Shown here: positions 1 to 11,120 of the stretch, piece by piece
Position numbering within the stretch: the stretch's first letter is position 1
Layout of the letters: each line of letters starts with the position of its first letter
NCBI GenBank assembly: GCA_030272815.1
Contig: JAJSZT010000007.1
Coordinates: 31,319-95,318 of the forward strand
Length of the DNA stretch: 64,000 nucleotides
From: Deltaproteobacteria bacterium
GTDB lineage: Bacteria > Desulfobacterota > Desulfobacteria > Desulfobacterales > ETH-SRB1
Direction: 5' to 3'
The notes under the pieces: model-generated
What the model saw: only the letters and a program-made list of their open reading frames with translations
What the model was told of the DNA's origin: nothing
The model's database searches: none
Position numbers and translations under genes: made by a program

Positions 1-1098
1 AAACCAAAGAGCGTTAATTTTAAGGGACGTGTGCAGGCAAGGTACACCTACATAGAGAATGGCGACCTCAGTAATGTGACTTACCAAAAGGCATTTGATC
101 GAGAGGAGTTTGATGGCTTCTCCATCAGGCGTGTACGTCTGCGATGGTATGGCGAAGTTATCGACAAATGGAAATACCATGTCCAGGTCAGTGTTGACGG
201 TGACAGTAATGCCGACAGTATAGATTCTTCCTTGCCGGATTATGCGCTAAGGAAAGACGATGTCGGACTAAAGCTGCAGGATGCCTATATTACCTATGCT
301 TATCATCCTTACTTCAATATAACGGTTGGTCAGTTCAAGTCACGCTTTTCACCTTCATACCTTGTTGCAGGGCCTACCCTCCCTCTGTGTGAGCGTCCGC
401 TTGTTATTGATAAACTCTCCAGAAAGCGTGAAATTGGTATAAGCTTTGAAGCAGCCAAGAACGGTGCCTTTGACGGCAGGGGCCACGGAGGCAAACTGCA
501 TGACAAACCTTTCTACTACGCAGTAGGTTTATATAATGGCAACAGTTTCAATAAAATGCAAAATGACAATGATAACCTTATGGCAACCGCCATGGTTGTT
601 TACAGGCCGTCAAAATATATAAATTTCGGCATCAGCTATGCTTACGACCAGACCGGATATGATTACGAAACAACTGTTCTTGGAAGCGCTTTTGAATCTG
701 AAGATTATGGCGCTTATGTTTTTGACGTAAAGGACGGAGTAGTAGGCAAGCGCCTGAACATATGGGATTTCAACTCAGCGTTAGATATTGGACTATTTCA
801 TGCCCAGATCGAATTTGTACAGCAACACGGTCACGGATTCAAACGCGCTTACGGCTATGGAATACAGGGACAGTATGACCTGACCGACAACTTTCAGCTT
901 ACCGCCCGGTATGACGAATTTGATCCAAATGTAGATGTTGATGACAGTTTTGACAGCCGCTGGTACACTGTCGGATGGAACTGGTTTATTCACAAGCAGG
1001 ATATTAAATGGCAGGTCAATTATACAGTAAGAAATGAAATGCATGGATATCATGAAGACAATGATATTCTGGTAACTCATTTTCAGATACTTTTCTAA
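1..1098 (+). CDS. Outer-membrane porin (phosphate-selective porin O/P-like), 5' end outside the window
   Basis: The frame is open from nt 1 (KPKSVNFKGRVQARY...). The sequence has a beta-barrel-like alternating pattern and ends ...HFQILF with a C-terminal Phe. A hairpin terminator follows. Confidence 0.5.
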   Translation, partial: KPKSVNFKGRVQARYTYIENGDLSNVTYQKAFDREEFDGFSIRRVRLRWYGEVIDKWKYHVQVSVDGDSNADSIDSSLPDYALRKDDVGLKLQDAYITYAYHPYFNITVGQFKSRFSPSYLVAGPTLPLCERPLVIDKLSRKREIGISFEAAKNGAFDGRGHGGKLHDKPFYYAVGLYNGNSFNKMQNDNDNLMATAMVVYRPSKYINFGISYAYDQTGYDYETTVLGSAFESEDYGAYVFDVKDGVVGKRLNIWDFNSALDIGLFHAQIEFVQQHGHGFKRAYGYGIQGQYDLTDNFQLTARYDEFDPNVDVDDSFDSRWYTVGWNWFIHKQDIKWQVNYTVRNEMHGYHEDNDILVTHFQILF

Positions 1099-1107
1099 GC
1101 AAAAAAC

Positions 1108-1143
1108 AAAAAAACCCGGGTCGATTTGGCCCGGGTTTTTTTA
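1108..1143. terminator. Bidirectional rho-independent terminator between convergent porin genes
   Basis: aaaaaaaCCCGGG-tcgatttgg-CCCGGGttttttt: a GC stem flanked by an A-run and a T-run. Confidence 0.7.
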
Positions 1144-1172
1144 TTCTAAGAATATTTTTTTAACACAAAGCC

Positions 1173-2270
1173 TTAGAAGGCAATCTGCCATTTTGCGCCA
1201 AAATAAGTCTCATCGCCTTGATCTGCACCAGTTCTATCGTCCTTATAATCATAACGACCGATTTCAGGAACAACGGTTACGCCTTGTGCCAGTGTAATTG
1301 GTGCCTGCAGATAAATAGCCAGGACTTCATCAGCTTCAGCATTGTCGACATCATCTTCAAAGGATATATAGCCAACTCCGGCCTCGACACCAACCACATC
1401 GTTAAATTTAGCGCCTATAGATGCTATACCGCCGTAACCGTCATTGTCTTTAATTTTATCTTCGTCTATATCGAACTTAGGTGCAGCATCTGCCTCAGGA
1501 TTAGTGGTAAGTTCGTAACTGTCTACGTTTTGGCCGCCCCAGATCATAGCCTTTAATGTTACAGGGCCCGTATTAAGTACCCCAGAAACACCATAGATAT
1601 AGCTGGTAATATCGTAATCATTATCCAAATCATCGACAGCATCAAATTGATTGTAACCGCCAAAAACTCTTAAGCTGACGTTATCCAGAGCAAGAGTGTA
1701 GCTTGCTTCAATCTTGGGGAGTGTAGTATCAAGATCTGCTGCCCTTTCAGTGCCACCCGTTGTAGTTTGGATAGTACGTGCTGAACCGGGTGTTACAAGC
1801 GCCAGTTTAAAGCCATCAATTTTAACCTGAATCATGGGTCGAAATGTAAAGAATCCACCAAAGCCTCTCAAACCATAGTCATTATCATAAACCTGATTTG
1901 TAACAAAATGAAGGGGTGTAAATTCTTTTCCTATAAGCAATTCACCTGGACCAAAATTCCAGGTTCCGTAGAGTCTTCTTAACGTTACATCAGAAGTATT
2001 ATCATTATGGCCATATTCAAAACGACCGCCTATATCGCCGCTATGTACTGTTGCACCAATACGTGAAACAGTATTGAGTGCCCATCTTGTATCTCTGTCG
2101 TCAAAACCATTTCCATCATATTCTTCAGGAACATTTTCATCCTGGTACACACTGAAAGTCTGCATGCGCACGCTTCCATAAAAATCCCAGTCTGTTATTG
2201 CTCCGGCAGGTACCGCAAATACAATTGCAAGCATTATTGCTGATAAAATAACAAATAATTTCTTCATCAT
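1173..2270 (-). CDS. Outer-membrane beta-barrel porin-like protein
   Basis: Signal peptide MMKKLFVILSAIMLAIVFAVPAGA. The protein is rich in G/Y/D/T and ends ...KWQIAF, a terminal aromatic typical of OMPs. Confidence 0.5.
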   Translation of the reverse strand: MMKKLFVILSAIMLAIVFAVPAGAITDWDFYGSVRMQTFSVYQDENVPEEYDGNGFDDRDTRWALNTVSRIGATVHSGDIGGRFEYGHNDNTSDVTLRRLYGTWNFGPGELLIGKEFTPLHFVTNQVYDNDYGLRGFGGFFTFRPMIQVKIDGFKLALVTPGSARTIQTTTGGTERAADLDTTLPKIEASYTLALDNVSLRVFGGYNQFDAVDDLDNDYDITSYIYGVSGVLNTGPVTLKAMIWGGQNVDSYELTTNPEADAAPKFDIDEDKIKDNDGYGGIASIGAKFNDVVGVEAGVGYISFEDDVDNAEADEVLAIYLQAPITLAQGVTVVPEIGRYDYKDDRTGADQGDETYFGAKWQIAF

Positions 2271-2687
2271 AAATTTCTCCTTAAAACGCCAAAATTTACA
2301 TTATATCCGTTTTATCCTCCGAGATAGTCCACCCAAATTTTCCCCACTTCACCCCCCCTTCCAAAGCGAAATAAAGACAAAACTTATTATATAGTACTTA
2401 ACATCTTATTATTACATAATTATTAAAAAATTAGTTTTGCTTAATAAATTTTTTATTTCTACTATTCTGTAGGATAAATGTCAAGTTTTTTGTAATTTAC
2501 ATTTTTTTGTAATTTACAGTAAATGTAAAATGTTATATGCTGTTGTTTTAGTTATCAATTTTCGCATATTATAGAAACCAGAAATTGATTCGATTGTAAC
2601 ACGTTAGCTTTATGAAACAGAAACCGGCCGTACATGAGCTTCAGGGATCAGTAGACAAAAGAAATCCCCTGATCCCTGATTCCTGTA

Positions 2688-4397
2688 TCATACAATTCTT
2701 TTAAAGGATTTTTCTATAGATTCTAAAGTCCAGCTTATCCAGGTGGGTCGTCCGTGAGGGCAATGTGACGGGTTTTCGCATTCATCGAGCTGTGCAAGCA
2801 GTGCCCTTATCTGTTTATCCAAAAGCCGCTGATTCGCTCTAATTGCTCCATGGCAGGCAATAAGCATCAGGCATTGATCAATTGTTTTCTCCAGACCTTG
2901 CGTTAAACCGGATTCCAGCATTTTCTCCGCAATTTCCAAAACAATCGGCTTAATCTCCCTGTCTGCAAGAATAGCAGGAACAGACTTAACCACAAAAGTT
3001 GTTCCGCCAAAGGGCTCAATTTCAAGTCCGAGTTTTTTCAGATCCGGAATAAGTTTCTCAAGCATGTGCGCTTCTCTATATCCGAGATCAATAGTTTCAG
3101 GCATTAAAAGTTTCTGAATTTCTATTTTTGAATTCATAGAAAGTTTTTTCAGATGCTCAAAAAGAACCAGTTCATGAGCTGCATGCTGATCAATAAGCAC
3201 CAGTTCTTCATCAGATTCGCATAGTATATATGTATCATGAAACTGGCCAACTACCCTTAAATCACTAAAACGCTTTTCTTCCCAGAGACTTTTTTGTATA
3301 GCAGGAAAATCAGGAATATCTTTGATGGATTTGTTGTACTGGGCAACAGGCTCTGAAACAAAAAAAGATTTTTGTCTGGAAAAATTTTCTGCACTCCATT
3401 TTGGCCGGTCAGCTATATGCAATACTTCTGATACAGCCCCTGTCAATGCTTTATGAACCTGCTTCTGCTGTGCTAAACGAACCTCGTGTTTTGTTGGGTG
3501 AACATTTACGTCCACCTGGTCATAGGGCACCTTTATAAAAATAACTGCAACAGGAAACTGACCTTTTATCAATTTCCCGGCATATCCTTCAAAAAGAGCT
3601 CGCTGTATTCCTCTATCCCGTACAAACCTGCCGTTTATATATATATAGATTCCCCTGGAAGTTTTTCGTGAAACCCGGTGAGATGAAATCCATCCTTCAC
3701 CAGAAACAAACTTGTCTTCAACCTTGATTCTTAAAAGATCATTTCTCATATCATTTCCGACAACATCCAGGACTCTGTTAAACGGATCAGGCGATGAGTA
3801 CCAGTTTTTAACTGTTTTTTCATTGTGATATAGTTTAAATTGGACATCAGGCCATCCCAATGCAATATTTGCAACGGTTTCTACGATGTGCCCCATTTCT
3901 GTTTTTACTGTCTTTAAGAATTTCCGTCTGGCAGGAGTGTTGAAGAAAAGATGCCTGGCAGTTATCATTGTGCCCATTGGAGCACCAATTTCAGCGACCT
4001 TTTTTATTGTCCCTCCCTCTACAAAGACCTCTGTGCCAGCTTCAGATATTTCATCTCTCGTGATAAGAGAAAATTTGGAAACAGAGGCAATGCTGGGAAG
4101 CGCTTCACCTCTAAAACCAAGTGTATTTATAGAAAACAAATCTCTGTCCTTATAGATTTTACTGGTTGCGTAACGTTCCAGGGAAAGAAGAGCATCATCA
4201 TGGTTCATTCCAATGCCATTGTCAGAAATCCGCATCAGAGACAAGCCACCGTTTTCAATCTCAATTATAACTTTTGTGCTCCCTGCATCCAGTGAATTTT
4301 CTACGAGTTCTTTGACAACTGAACAAGGCCGTTCTACGACTTCGCCAGCAGCTATTTTGTTGGAAAGAATTTCAGGAAGTATTTTTATTTTGGACAC
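2688..4397 (-). CDS. mutL: DNA mismatch repair protein MutL
   Basis: N-terminal GHKL ATPase motifs (IAAGEVVERPCSVVKELVENSLDAG, DNGIGM, LGFRGEAL) and a C-terminal dimerisation region ending CPHGRP. Confidence 0.95.
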   Translation of the reverse strand: MSKIKILPEILSNKIAAGEVVERPCSVVKELVENSLDAGSTKVIIEIENGGLSLMRISDNGIGMNHDDALLSLERYATSKIYKDRDLFSINTLGFRGEALPSIASVSKFSLITRDEISEAGTEVFVEGGTIKKVAEIGAPMGTMITARHLFFNTPARRKFLKTVKTEMGHIVETVANIALGWPDVQFKLYHNEKTVKNWYSSPDPFNRVLDVVGNDMRNDLLRIKVEDKFVSGEGWISSHRVSRKTSRGIYIYINGRFVRDRGIQRALFEGYAGKLIKGQFPVAVIFIKVPYDQVDVNVHPTKHEVRLAQQKQVHKALTGAVSEVLHIADRPKWSAENFSRQKSFFVSEPVAQYNKSIKDIPDFPAIQKSLWEEKRFSDLRVVGQFHDTYILCESDEELVLIDQHAAHELVLFEHLKKLSMNSKIEIQKLLMPETIDLGYREAHMLEKLIPDLKKLGLEIEPFGGTTFVVKSVPAILADREIKPIVLEIAEKMLESGLTQGLEKTIDQCLMLIACHGAIRANQRLLDKQIRALLAQLDECENPSHCPHGRPTWISWTLESIEKSFKRIV

Positions 4398-4415
4398 GGT
4401 TGGATACCTGAGCTG

Positions 4416-4595
4416 TTAATCCTTTTCATCAAGAACAAAACGTCGTAAAAATTCTGCTTCCTTTGGAGAAAGGTCAAATTTAATGCAGGCTTTTTCAATA
4501 ATTTTATTCAAGTCTTTTTCCGGCTCAAACTTCCTCTGCTCAGAAACCCACTTAACCGCCTTTCTTATTTCTTCACCGTCTGGTTGAATACTCAT
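4416..4595 (-). CDS. Small hypothetical protein (59 aa) immediately upstream of mutL
   Basis: Manual translation gives MSIQPDGEEIRKAVKWVSEQRKFEPEKDLNKIIEKACIKFDLSPKEAEFLRRFVLDEKD. It is below the ORF-track cutoff. A weak AAGGA lies upstream, and the stop is 18 nt before the mutL start. Confidence 0.35.
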   Translation of the reverse strand: MSIQPDGEEIRKAVKWVSEQRKFEPEKDLNKIIEKACIKFDLSPKEAEFLRRFVLDEKD

Positions 4596-4614
4596 GTTTT
4601 TTATCCTTTTAATG

Positions 4615-4722
4615 TATAGAGACTTTCAGATAAATAATTTCACTGCGTTATCAGTCGTCGACGTATAACTAATACGCCTTCCTCCTTCTGGCCTTGTGAA
4701 ATTAATTATCTGAAAGTCTATA
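4615..4722. repeat. ~107-bp MITE-like palindromic repeat, family A (copy 1)
   Basis: Termini are TATAGACTTTCAGATAAATAATTTCAC ... GTGAAATTAATTATCTGAAAGTCTATA. A reverse-complement copy lies at 34938-35043. Confidence 0.8.
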
Positions 4723-6178
4723 ACTTAGGCTTTTTATTGTGAAAATCTGTTGCCTGCTCGAAATTGTATGCCACCTTAATCATCTTTTCCTCATTAAAAT
4801 GGTTTCCCATTATCTGCAGGCCTATTGGAAGCCCTTGTGTTGAAAATCCGCATGGAACCGACATCCCGGGTATCCCTGCAAGATTTGCCGAAAGAGTAAA
4901 TATGTCGGATAGATACATCTTTAGGGGATCTTCTGCTCTTTCCCCTGTTTTAAAGGCTGGCGTCGGCGCTACAGGAGATAACAACACATCACAGGATTTA
5001 AATGCTCTTTTAAAATCTTCTATAATCAATGTGCGTACCTGAGAAGCCTTCCTGTAATATGCATCGTAATAACCGGCTGAAAGGCAGTAAGTCCCTATTA
5101 TTATACGGCGTTTGACCTCAGAACCGAACCCCATTGATCTTGTGCTTCTGTACATCTCTATAAGATCATTTTTGCCTTTATCTCTTAAACCATACTTTAC
5201 ACCATCATATCTGGCAAGATTTGAACTGGCCTCTGAAGGAGCAATAACATAATAGGCCGCAACCGCATATTCAGTATGTGGAAGAGAGACTTCCACGCAT
5301 TCAGCGCCAAGGCCCTCAATGGTCTTTACTGCATTTTTCACGGCTTCTGAAACTTCAGCATCCAGCCCGGGCAAAGCATTATATTCCTTTGGAATGCCAA
5401 TTTTAACGCCTTTTAATCCTTCTTTAAGAAATGTTGTATAATCAGGCACATCCATAGGCACTGATGTGGAGTCTCCAGCGTCATAACCGGAAATAGCATT
5501 CATCAATACAGCGCAATCCGTAACATCCTTTGTCAGAGGGCCAATCTGGTCAAGCGAAGAAGCAAAGGCTACAAGGCCAAAACGGGAAACTCTTCCGTAT
5601 GTCGGTTTCATACCAACCACTCCGCAGTGAGACGCGGGCTGCCTTATTGATCCACCTGTATCTGAACCCAGAGACCCTATACACATATCAGCAGCAACTG
5701 CCGCTGCGGACCCTCCGCTTGAACCGCCGGGAATATATGCTAAATCCCATGGATTATTTGTCAGTTTAATGCCCGAGTGCTCTGTAGATGAACCCATAGC
5801 AAATTCATCCATGTTTACCTTTCCGACAATCACCGCACCCGCTTTTTTCAGCTTTTTTATTACAAATGCATCATAAGGGGGTACAAAATTTTCAAGAATC
5901 TTTGATGCACAGGTAGTACGAAGATCTTTTGTGCAAATAAGATCCTTTATTGCCAAAGGTATGCCTGTAAGGTGTGTAATATTGCCCCCTGCAATAGCTT
6001 TGTCGGCAAGTTCCGCCTGAGCCATTGCTGTTTCACCGGCAACAGTGATATATGCTCCCACGCGCGGTTCAACAGACTCAACTCGATCAAGAACGCTTTT
6101 TGTCAGCTCCTGAGAAGATATTTCTCTGCTTTTTAATAGATTGTGGGCTTCATGTATAGTAAGTTCATAGAGATTCAT
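4718..6178 (-). CDS. gatA: Glutamyl-tRNA(Gln) amidotransferase subunit A
   Basis: Amidase signature [12 protein letters not shown] and full-length GatA-like sequence. gatC lies directly upstream. Confidence 0.95.
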   Translation of the reverse strand: MNLYELTIHEAHNLLKSREISSQELTKSVLDRVESVEPRVGAYITVAGETAMAQAELADKAIAGGNITHLTGIPLAIKDLICTKDLRTTCASKILENFVPPYDAFVIKKLKKAGAVIVGKVNMDEFAMGSSTEHSGIKLTNNPWDLAYIPGGSSGGSAAAVAADMCIGSLGSDTGGSIRQPASHCGVVGMKPTYGRVSRFGLVAFASSLDQIGPLTKDVTDCAVLMNAISGYDAGDSTSVPMDVPDYTTFLKEGLKGVKIGIPKEYNALPGLDAEVSEAVKNAVKTIEGLGAECVEVSLPHTEYAVAAYYVIAPSEASSNLARYDGVKYGLRDKGKNDLIEMYRSTRSMGFGSEVKRRIIIGTYCLSAGYYDAYYRKASQVRTLIIEDFKRAFKSCDVLLSPVAPTPAFKTGERAEDPLKMYLSDIFTLSANLAGIPGMSVPCGFSTQGLPIGLQIMGNHFNEEKMIKVAYNFEQATDFHNKKPKL

Positions 6179-6195
6179 TTGTATTTTTGCTCCTT

Positions 6196-6483
6196 TTACC
6201 CTATAACTTTCGGAACCACAAAATTCCCATCCTCTTTTTCAGGAGCATTTGCAAGAGCTTTATTTCTGTCAAGATGCTCTTTTACTTTGTCTTCACGAAA
6301 AGCATTGGTCAGAAAAATCGCATGTGAAGTTGGGGCCACACCTTCGGTCTCAACGCGATTGAGTATATCAATGTATTCCAGTATATTATCTATTTGTTCA
6401 GCAAACTTGCCGATGGACTCTTCATCCAGATCGAGCCGGGCAAGATTCGCAACATGAACTACTTCCTTTTTAGTAATTTTCAT
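6196..6483 (-). CDS. gatC: Glutamyl-tRNA(Gln) amidotransferase subunit C
   Basis: [22 protein letters not shown]... is a typical GatC N-terminus. I chose the start at the internal ATG (6483) rather than the ORF-track 6513. Confidence 0.85.
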   Translation of the reverse strand: MKITKKEVVHVANLARLDLDEESIGKFAEQIDNILEYIDILNRVETEGVAPTSHAIFLTNAFREDKVKEHLDRNKALANAPEKEDGNFVVPKVIG

Positions 6484-6523
6484 TTCCTCTATCCCCTGAT
6501 CCCCGGCACCCAATCCCCGACCC

Positions 6524-7195
6524 CTATCGATTCACAAGAATCGGACCATATTTTTCCTTTTTTAACTTATTAAGAGTGCTGCCGGCCTCTGCCTTATCTT
6601 TGAAATAACCTATCCTTACTCTGTGCCAGATACCTTTCTCAGGAATATTGCTTGAAATCCTGTAAGCAGGATACCCTTTTTCCCTAAGCTTTGCCACCAT
6701 TTCATCAGCATCTTTTGAATCCTTTAAAGATGCAACCTGGATTGTAAGTTTTTTATCAGTTTCTGTTAAGTTCTTTTGCTTGTCTTTATTTATTATTTTA
6801 GATTTGTCGGAAATTACCCTTTTCTTAACTTTTACAGTCTTATTTTTAGACAGATGTTTTGTTTCTTGTTTTTTAGATATACCAGCTCCATTATTCTTAT
6901 CTTTTTTGGTCTCCTTCAGCGCCTCGTAAAAGCCAAAATCTGTTTTATTTCTAACCCCATCTGAATCAATTTTAAAAAGTTTTTGCTTTTTCTTGATAAC
7001 CGCTTCTTTTAAAGCAACCAATTCTTTCTGAAGTTTCTCAATATCAAATTTTACAGGAGCCGTATCCCTCCCCACAAGAACACCTAAAACAAACATCCAT
7101 GCGGAAACAAAAATAATCAAAAAAATCCAGATTGAAGGCTCTTTAGGAACAAACTGAAGAGAAGGCTTTTTTTTATCTTTTTTATTCTTCATCAC
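6524..7195 (-). CDS. SPOR domain-containing membrane protein
   Basis: One N-terminal TM segment, a Lys-rich linker and a C-terminal SPOR-like segment ([30 protein letters not shown]...WHRVRIGYF). Confidence 0.7.
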   Translation of the reverse strand: MMKNKKDKKKPSLQFVPKEPSIWIFLIIFVSAWMFVLGVLVGRDTAPVKFDIEKLQKELVALKEAVIKKKQKLFKIDSDGVRNKTDFGFYEALKETKKDKNNGAGISKKQETKHLSKNKTVKVKKRVISDKSKIINKDKQKNLTETDKKLTIQVASLKDSKDADEMVAKLREKGYPAYRISSNIPEKGIWHRVRIGYFKDKAEAGSTLNKLKKEKYGPILVNR

Positions 7196-8856
7196 ATTTT
7201 TTCAGGTGCAGACACGCCGAGCAGTGATAAACCGTTTCGGATTATCTTTTTAATCGCAAGTACAAGATAAAGTCTTCCAAGAGTCAATTCAGCCTCATCT
7301 GTAAGCACTCTGTGTTTATTATAATAGGCATGAAAAGCTGATGCAAGATTCATTAGATAATACGTGATCCGGTGAGGTTCCATGTTCTCCGCACTGCACC
7401 TTACTATCTCGGGATAACGCGCCATAGTCTTAATTAATTGTATTTCCTCAGGTTCAGTAAGTCTGGATATTGCCGCATCATTCCAGACTATATCACTTAT
7501 TCCCCTTTCCTGCGCCTTCCGGGCAATGCTTGATATCCTGGCATGCACATATTGAACATAATACACAGGGTTATCGTTTGTCTTCTTTTTGGCGAGTTCA
7601 AGATCAAAATCAAGTGCGCTCTCATAATGACGCGTTAAAAAAATAAATCTTGCCGCATCACTGCCAACTTCACTGATTACGTCTCTGAGGGTAACAAACT
7701 CACCGGATCTGGTTGACATTGAAACAGGCTCTCCATCGCGCAGCAAATTGACAAGTTGAATCAGAATAACATTAAATTTGTCTCTGGTGTGACCTGAAGC
7801 CTCAATTGCGGCTGATACTCTGGGAATATATCCGTGGTGATCAGCTCCCCATACATCAATAACTCTTTCAAAACCCCTGTCAAACTTATCTTGATGATAT
7901 GCTATATCAGAAGCAAAATACGTTGTCAGGCCGTTACTGCGAACAACAACACGATTTTTTTCATCTCCAAAATCTTTGGTTCTAAACCATAGCGCCCCAT
8001 CATCCTCAAATATAATATTTTGTTTGCGGAAATCATTTATTATTTTATCAACTTTTCCGGAATCATAGAGTTTCTGTTCGCTGTGCCAGTTGTCAAATAC
8101 TACCCCGAAAGACTCTAAGTCTTCCTTTATCTCAGAAAGAATATTTTCCGCTGCAAAACGCGCGCAATAAGAGATAGCTTCCTCTTCGCTCATTGATAAA
8201 AGTTTATCCCCATTATCGTCCCTTGCTTTTCCCGCTAAATCACGAACATAGTCGCCATGGTAACAGTCTTCAGGGAATTGAACATCTGCCTCAAAGAGTT
8301 CTTTATATCGCAGGAAAACAGAACGACCAAGTGTACTTATCTGCCTCCCAGAGTCATTAATATAGTATTCTTTTTCAACATTATAACCGCAGAACAAAAG
8401 GATGTTTGCCACGCTATCTCCAACAGCAGCCCCTCTTCCATGCCCGACATGCAGCGGACCTGTGGGATTTGCGCTTACGAATTCCACCTGGATTTTCTTC
8501 CCTTTACCAATATCTGAAGCGCCGTAAAGTGCATCCTGTTCATGAATCTTTCGTAAAACAGGATGCCAGGAATATTTGTTTAAGAAAAAATTAATAAAGC
8601 CAGGCCCTGCAATTTCAGTTTTATCGAGTATTCCATCAGGGTCGTTTATATTCTTTATTATGGCTTCTGCAATTTTGCGGGGCGGCATCTTCTGGATTGA
8701 TGCCATAACCATTGAAATGTTTGTTGAAAAATCACCGTGAGACCCAGCATTAGGCTCTTCAACTTCGATCTCCGGAAAATCTGACGATGGCAAATCACCC
8801 TTATCATATGCATCCTTAGACGCATTATAAATCATGTTTTTTATTTTCTGTTTCAT
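7192..8856 (-). CDS. argS: Arginine--tRNA ligase
   Basis: Class I synthetase HIGH-type motif ([11 protein letters not shown]), a full-length ArgS-like sequence and a DALR-type C-terminus. Confidence 0.95.
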   Translation of the reverse strand: MKQKIKNMIYNASKDAYDKGDLPSSDFPEIEVEEPNAGSHGDFSTNISMVMASIQKMPPRKIAEAIIKNINDPDGILDKTEIAGPGFINFFLNKYSWHPVLRKIHEQDALYGASDIGKGKKIQVEFVSANPTGPLHVGHGRGAAVGDSVANILLFCGYNVEKEYYINDSGRQISTLGRSVFLRYKELFEADVQFPEDCYHGDYVRDLAGKARDDNGDKLLSMSEEEAISYCARFAAENILSEIKEDLESFGVVFDNWHSEQKLYDSGKVDKIINDFRKQNIIFEDDGALWFRTKDFGDEKNRVVVRSNGLTTYFASDIAYHQDKFDRGFERVIDVWGADHHGYIPRVSAAIEASGHTRDKFNVILIQLVNLLRDGEPVSMSTRSGEFVTLRDVISEVGSDAARFIFLTRHYESALDFDLELAKKKTNDNPVYYVQYVHARISSIARKAQERGISDIVWNDAAISRLTEPEEIQLIKTMARYPEIVRCSAENMEPHRITYYLMNLASAFHAYYNKHRVLTDEAELTLGRLYLVLAIKKIIRNGLSLLGVSAPEKM

Positions 8857-9462
8857 TTTTTAAGGCTTCGCGTACTTCTACAGATAAAATATTTCGGCTT
8901 CGCAAATACGAAGCCGTCAATTAAATTTATACCTATTTCACAATGGGTTCAATTCATAAAGACTTTTTATGCCTAAGTCAAGAATCTTGGTTTAACCCGA
9001 AGGGTGAACAAATCATAAAGAAATTTGTTATAAATTCCATTAACAAAGTGTTAAACAGCCTGCAAGGCAAAGATAGTAATAACTTTCAATAATACAATTA
9101 TGTTCCCGCATTATTTTATGAGTTGTTCATGAGAAATGCGGGCTAAACAAGAGATGATACACCTTGTCATGTCAAGGCGGGCAGGAAGCCTATAAATCTG
9201 ACCCTTACCTCGCTTCTCATTTGTGAAAATGATCGCGGATTTGCATTTCGGACCTAAAGATATCAGAAACCTATCAAAATATTCTTGCAGTCAGTAGAAT
9301 CAGAGATATATAGCAGTTATGTTGTTATTTTTATTATGTTGTTAGTAATCTGGATCTACTTCCCAGTTTTTTTTAAAAAACTGTATTTTCTTTGGCTTTA
9401 ATTCTTATTCTTTTTTAAGAATCTGAGTTGGTTTTTTTAATTAATTATTCTAGCCTTCTCTT

Positions 9463-9870
9463 TTACATTCCTTCCTTCATTCGACGAGCCTCAGATAGAA
9501 ACCATTTTACTATTTGCTTATCAAATCCCGGCATTGACTTAGCGAAATTAGCAGCTTTTCGATAGTAGTCAGCCACCTTGCTTTTTTCTCCTCGAGCCTC
9601 ATATACCATCGCTAACCGGTTAAGGCCATCAACCTGATCGGGATAGTCAGTCAACAATTTGCGCGACACGGTTTCAGCTTCATCCAATCGGTTTTGTTTG
9701 ATAAGATCAACGACGCTATTGGACAATTGATCAAGTTGTGTGTAGACTGGGATAAACTTTGTGCTTGGGGCATGTTTTTGCCCTTTGCCATCTTTTAGCA
9801 AGAGGCAACATTTTTTGTATTTCTTTCCGCTGCCGCAAGGGCACAAAGCATTGCGACCAATTTTTGCCAT
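9463..9870 (-). CDS. SEC-C motif / TPR-like protein
   Basis: N-terminal [17 protein letters not shown] metal-binding motif, followed by a TPR-like helical region. Confidence 0.6.
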   Translation of the reverse strand: MAKIGRNALCPCGSGKKYKKCCLLLKDGKGQKHAPSTKFIPVYTQLDQLSNSVVDLIKQNRLDEAETVSRKLLTDYPDQVDGLNRLAMVYEARGEKSKVADYYRKAANFAKSMPGFDKQIVKWFLSEARRMKEGM

Positions 9871-9906
9871 GGCGGTATCTTTTCAAATTTTTAGCTCTTT
9901 TGCAAC

Positions 9907-10527
9907 TTGATAGTGATGCAGATACGATATGCCACGGATTTAACAGCCGAGCAATACGTTCGGCAGCAGGCCTGGCAAGAGGCAACGCTCAACCAGTGTC
10001 CGCTTCATCCGCAAGGCGGGTGTCGGTTTGGCAAGAACGGCACCTATGCGCGCAAGTTTCCTGATGGAGCCAAGATAGCCAGATGGTACTGTGCCGATGG
10101 GCACATGAGCTTTAGTTTGCTGCCGGATTGTCTGGCCTCACGTTTGTCCGGGACATTAATTGAAATCGAAGATGTTATTACCGAAGTAGAAAATTCGCAT
10201 AGTCAGGAAGTTGCTGCAGATAAAATTCGCATAGATATCTTTCTTCCAGGTGCTTTGCGTTGGATTAGGCGACGGATATTTCTGATCAAAGTCGCATTGC
10301 GCATGCTGATCGAATTGCTGCCCGACCCCTTAGCCGATTGTAATCCCAGCATTTTGTCCTTCCGATCTGTTCTCGATGTTGACTATGTCCTGCCTGAGCT
10401 GCGGATACTTGCCGATCCCTATCTGCACATTTTACCCCCGCCGGTCGGTTTTGGCCCCCGTCCCGGAGCAAAAAAGTTAAGAAAAACTCATTTCCAACAC
10501 AAAACGGGGACTGACCCGCCATCATAG
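9907..10527 (+). CDS. Hypothetical Cys/His-rich protein, first gene of the RIT operon
   Basis: Has CPLHPQGGC...YCADGH, a possible zinc-binding motif. An ATG at 9916 is an alternative start. Confidence 0.4.
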   Translation: MIVMQIRYATDLTAEQYVRQQAWQEATLNQCPLHPQGGCRFGKNGTYARKFPDGAKIARWYCADGHMSFSLLPDCLASRLSGTLIEIEDVITEVENSHSQEVAADKIRIDIFLPGALRWIRRRIFLIKVALRMLIELLPDPLADCNPSILSFRSVLDVDYVLPELRILADPYLHILPPPVGFGPRPGAKKLRKTHFQHKTGTDPPS

Positions 10528-10571
10528 AGGTGGTAAATTGCCTCCAAAAACTTCGCAGGAGAGCAATTTCC

Positions 10572-11120
10572 ATGAAAAAACAACAAGACGATCTTAAAAG
10601 GCAGCTTAGCCAACCAGCCCCAGCAGCTGACCCCCATAGGCATGCGCATGCCAACTGCGGTAACCAACCGACAATGCCCCACCGTAATACGAAAGTCAAG
10701 GCTCAGCGCATCGAAAAAAAACCACTATCACCCGATCGCATCCGAAAAATCACCTCAAGTTTTGCCTTTATCGAACATCGCTTTTTGCGTCAGGGTTTCT
10801 GGAGCAGCCTCAGCCACCATGAGCTTTTACTGTATCTGTTTCTAGTGCTGGTCTCCGATCGTAACGGACTATCCTACTACTGTTACGATAAAATCTGTTC
10901 GCTTTTGCAAATCACGGTCGACGAGTATATCCTCGCCAGAGATCTGCTGATTGAAAAAGATCTGATTGCTTTTAATGGCAGTCTTTTCCAGGTATTAGCG
11001 CTGCCTCAAAAACCTCGATCCTCGTCTCCCGGAGCACTGAAAACCGCCAAGGACATGCAAACACATGACCCGGCCACCGTCCATCAACTCATCGCACATT
11101 CATTTGGGAAAAAAACATGA
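10572..11120 (+). CDS. Hypothetical protein with a possible winged-helix C-terminus, second gene of the RIT operon
   Basis: Starts at MKKQQDD. The C-terminus (LSHHELLLYLFLVLVSDRNGLSYYCYDKICSLLQITVDEYILARDLLIEKDLI) resembles replication/DnaD-like wHTH segments. Its stop overlaps the next start (ATGA). Confidence 0.35.
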   Translation: MKKQQDDLKRQLSQPAPAADPHRHAHANCGNQPTMPHRNTKVKAQRIEKKPLSPDRIRKITSSFAFIEHRFLRQGFWSSLSHHELLLYLFLVLVSDRNGLSYYCYDKICSLLQITVDEYILARDLLIEKDLIAFNGSLFQVLALPQKPRSSSPGALKTAKDMQTHDPATVHQLIAHSFGKKT

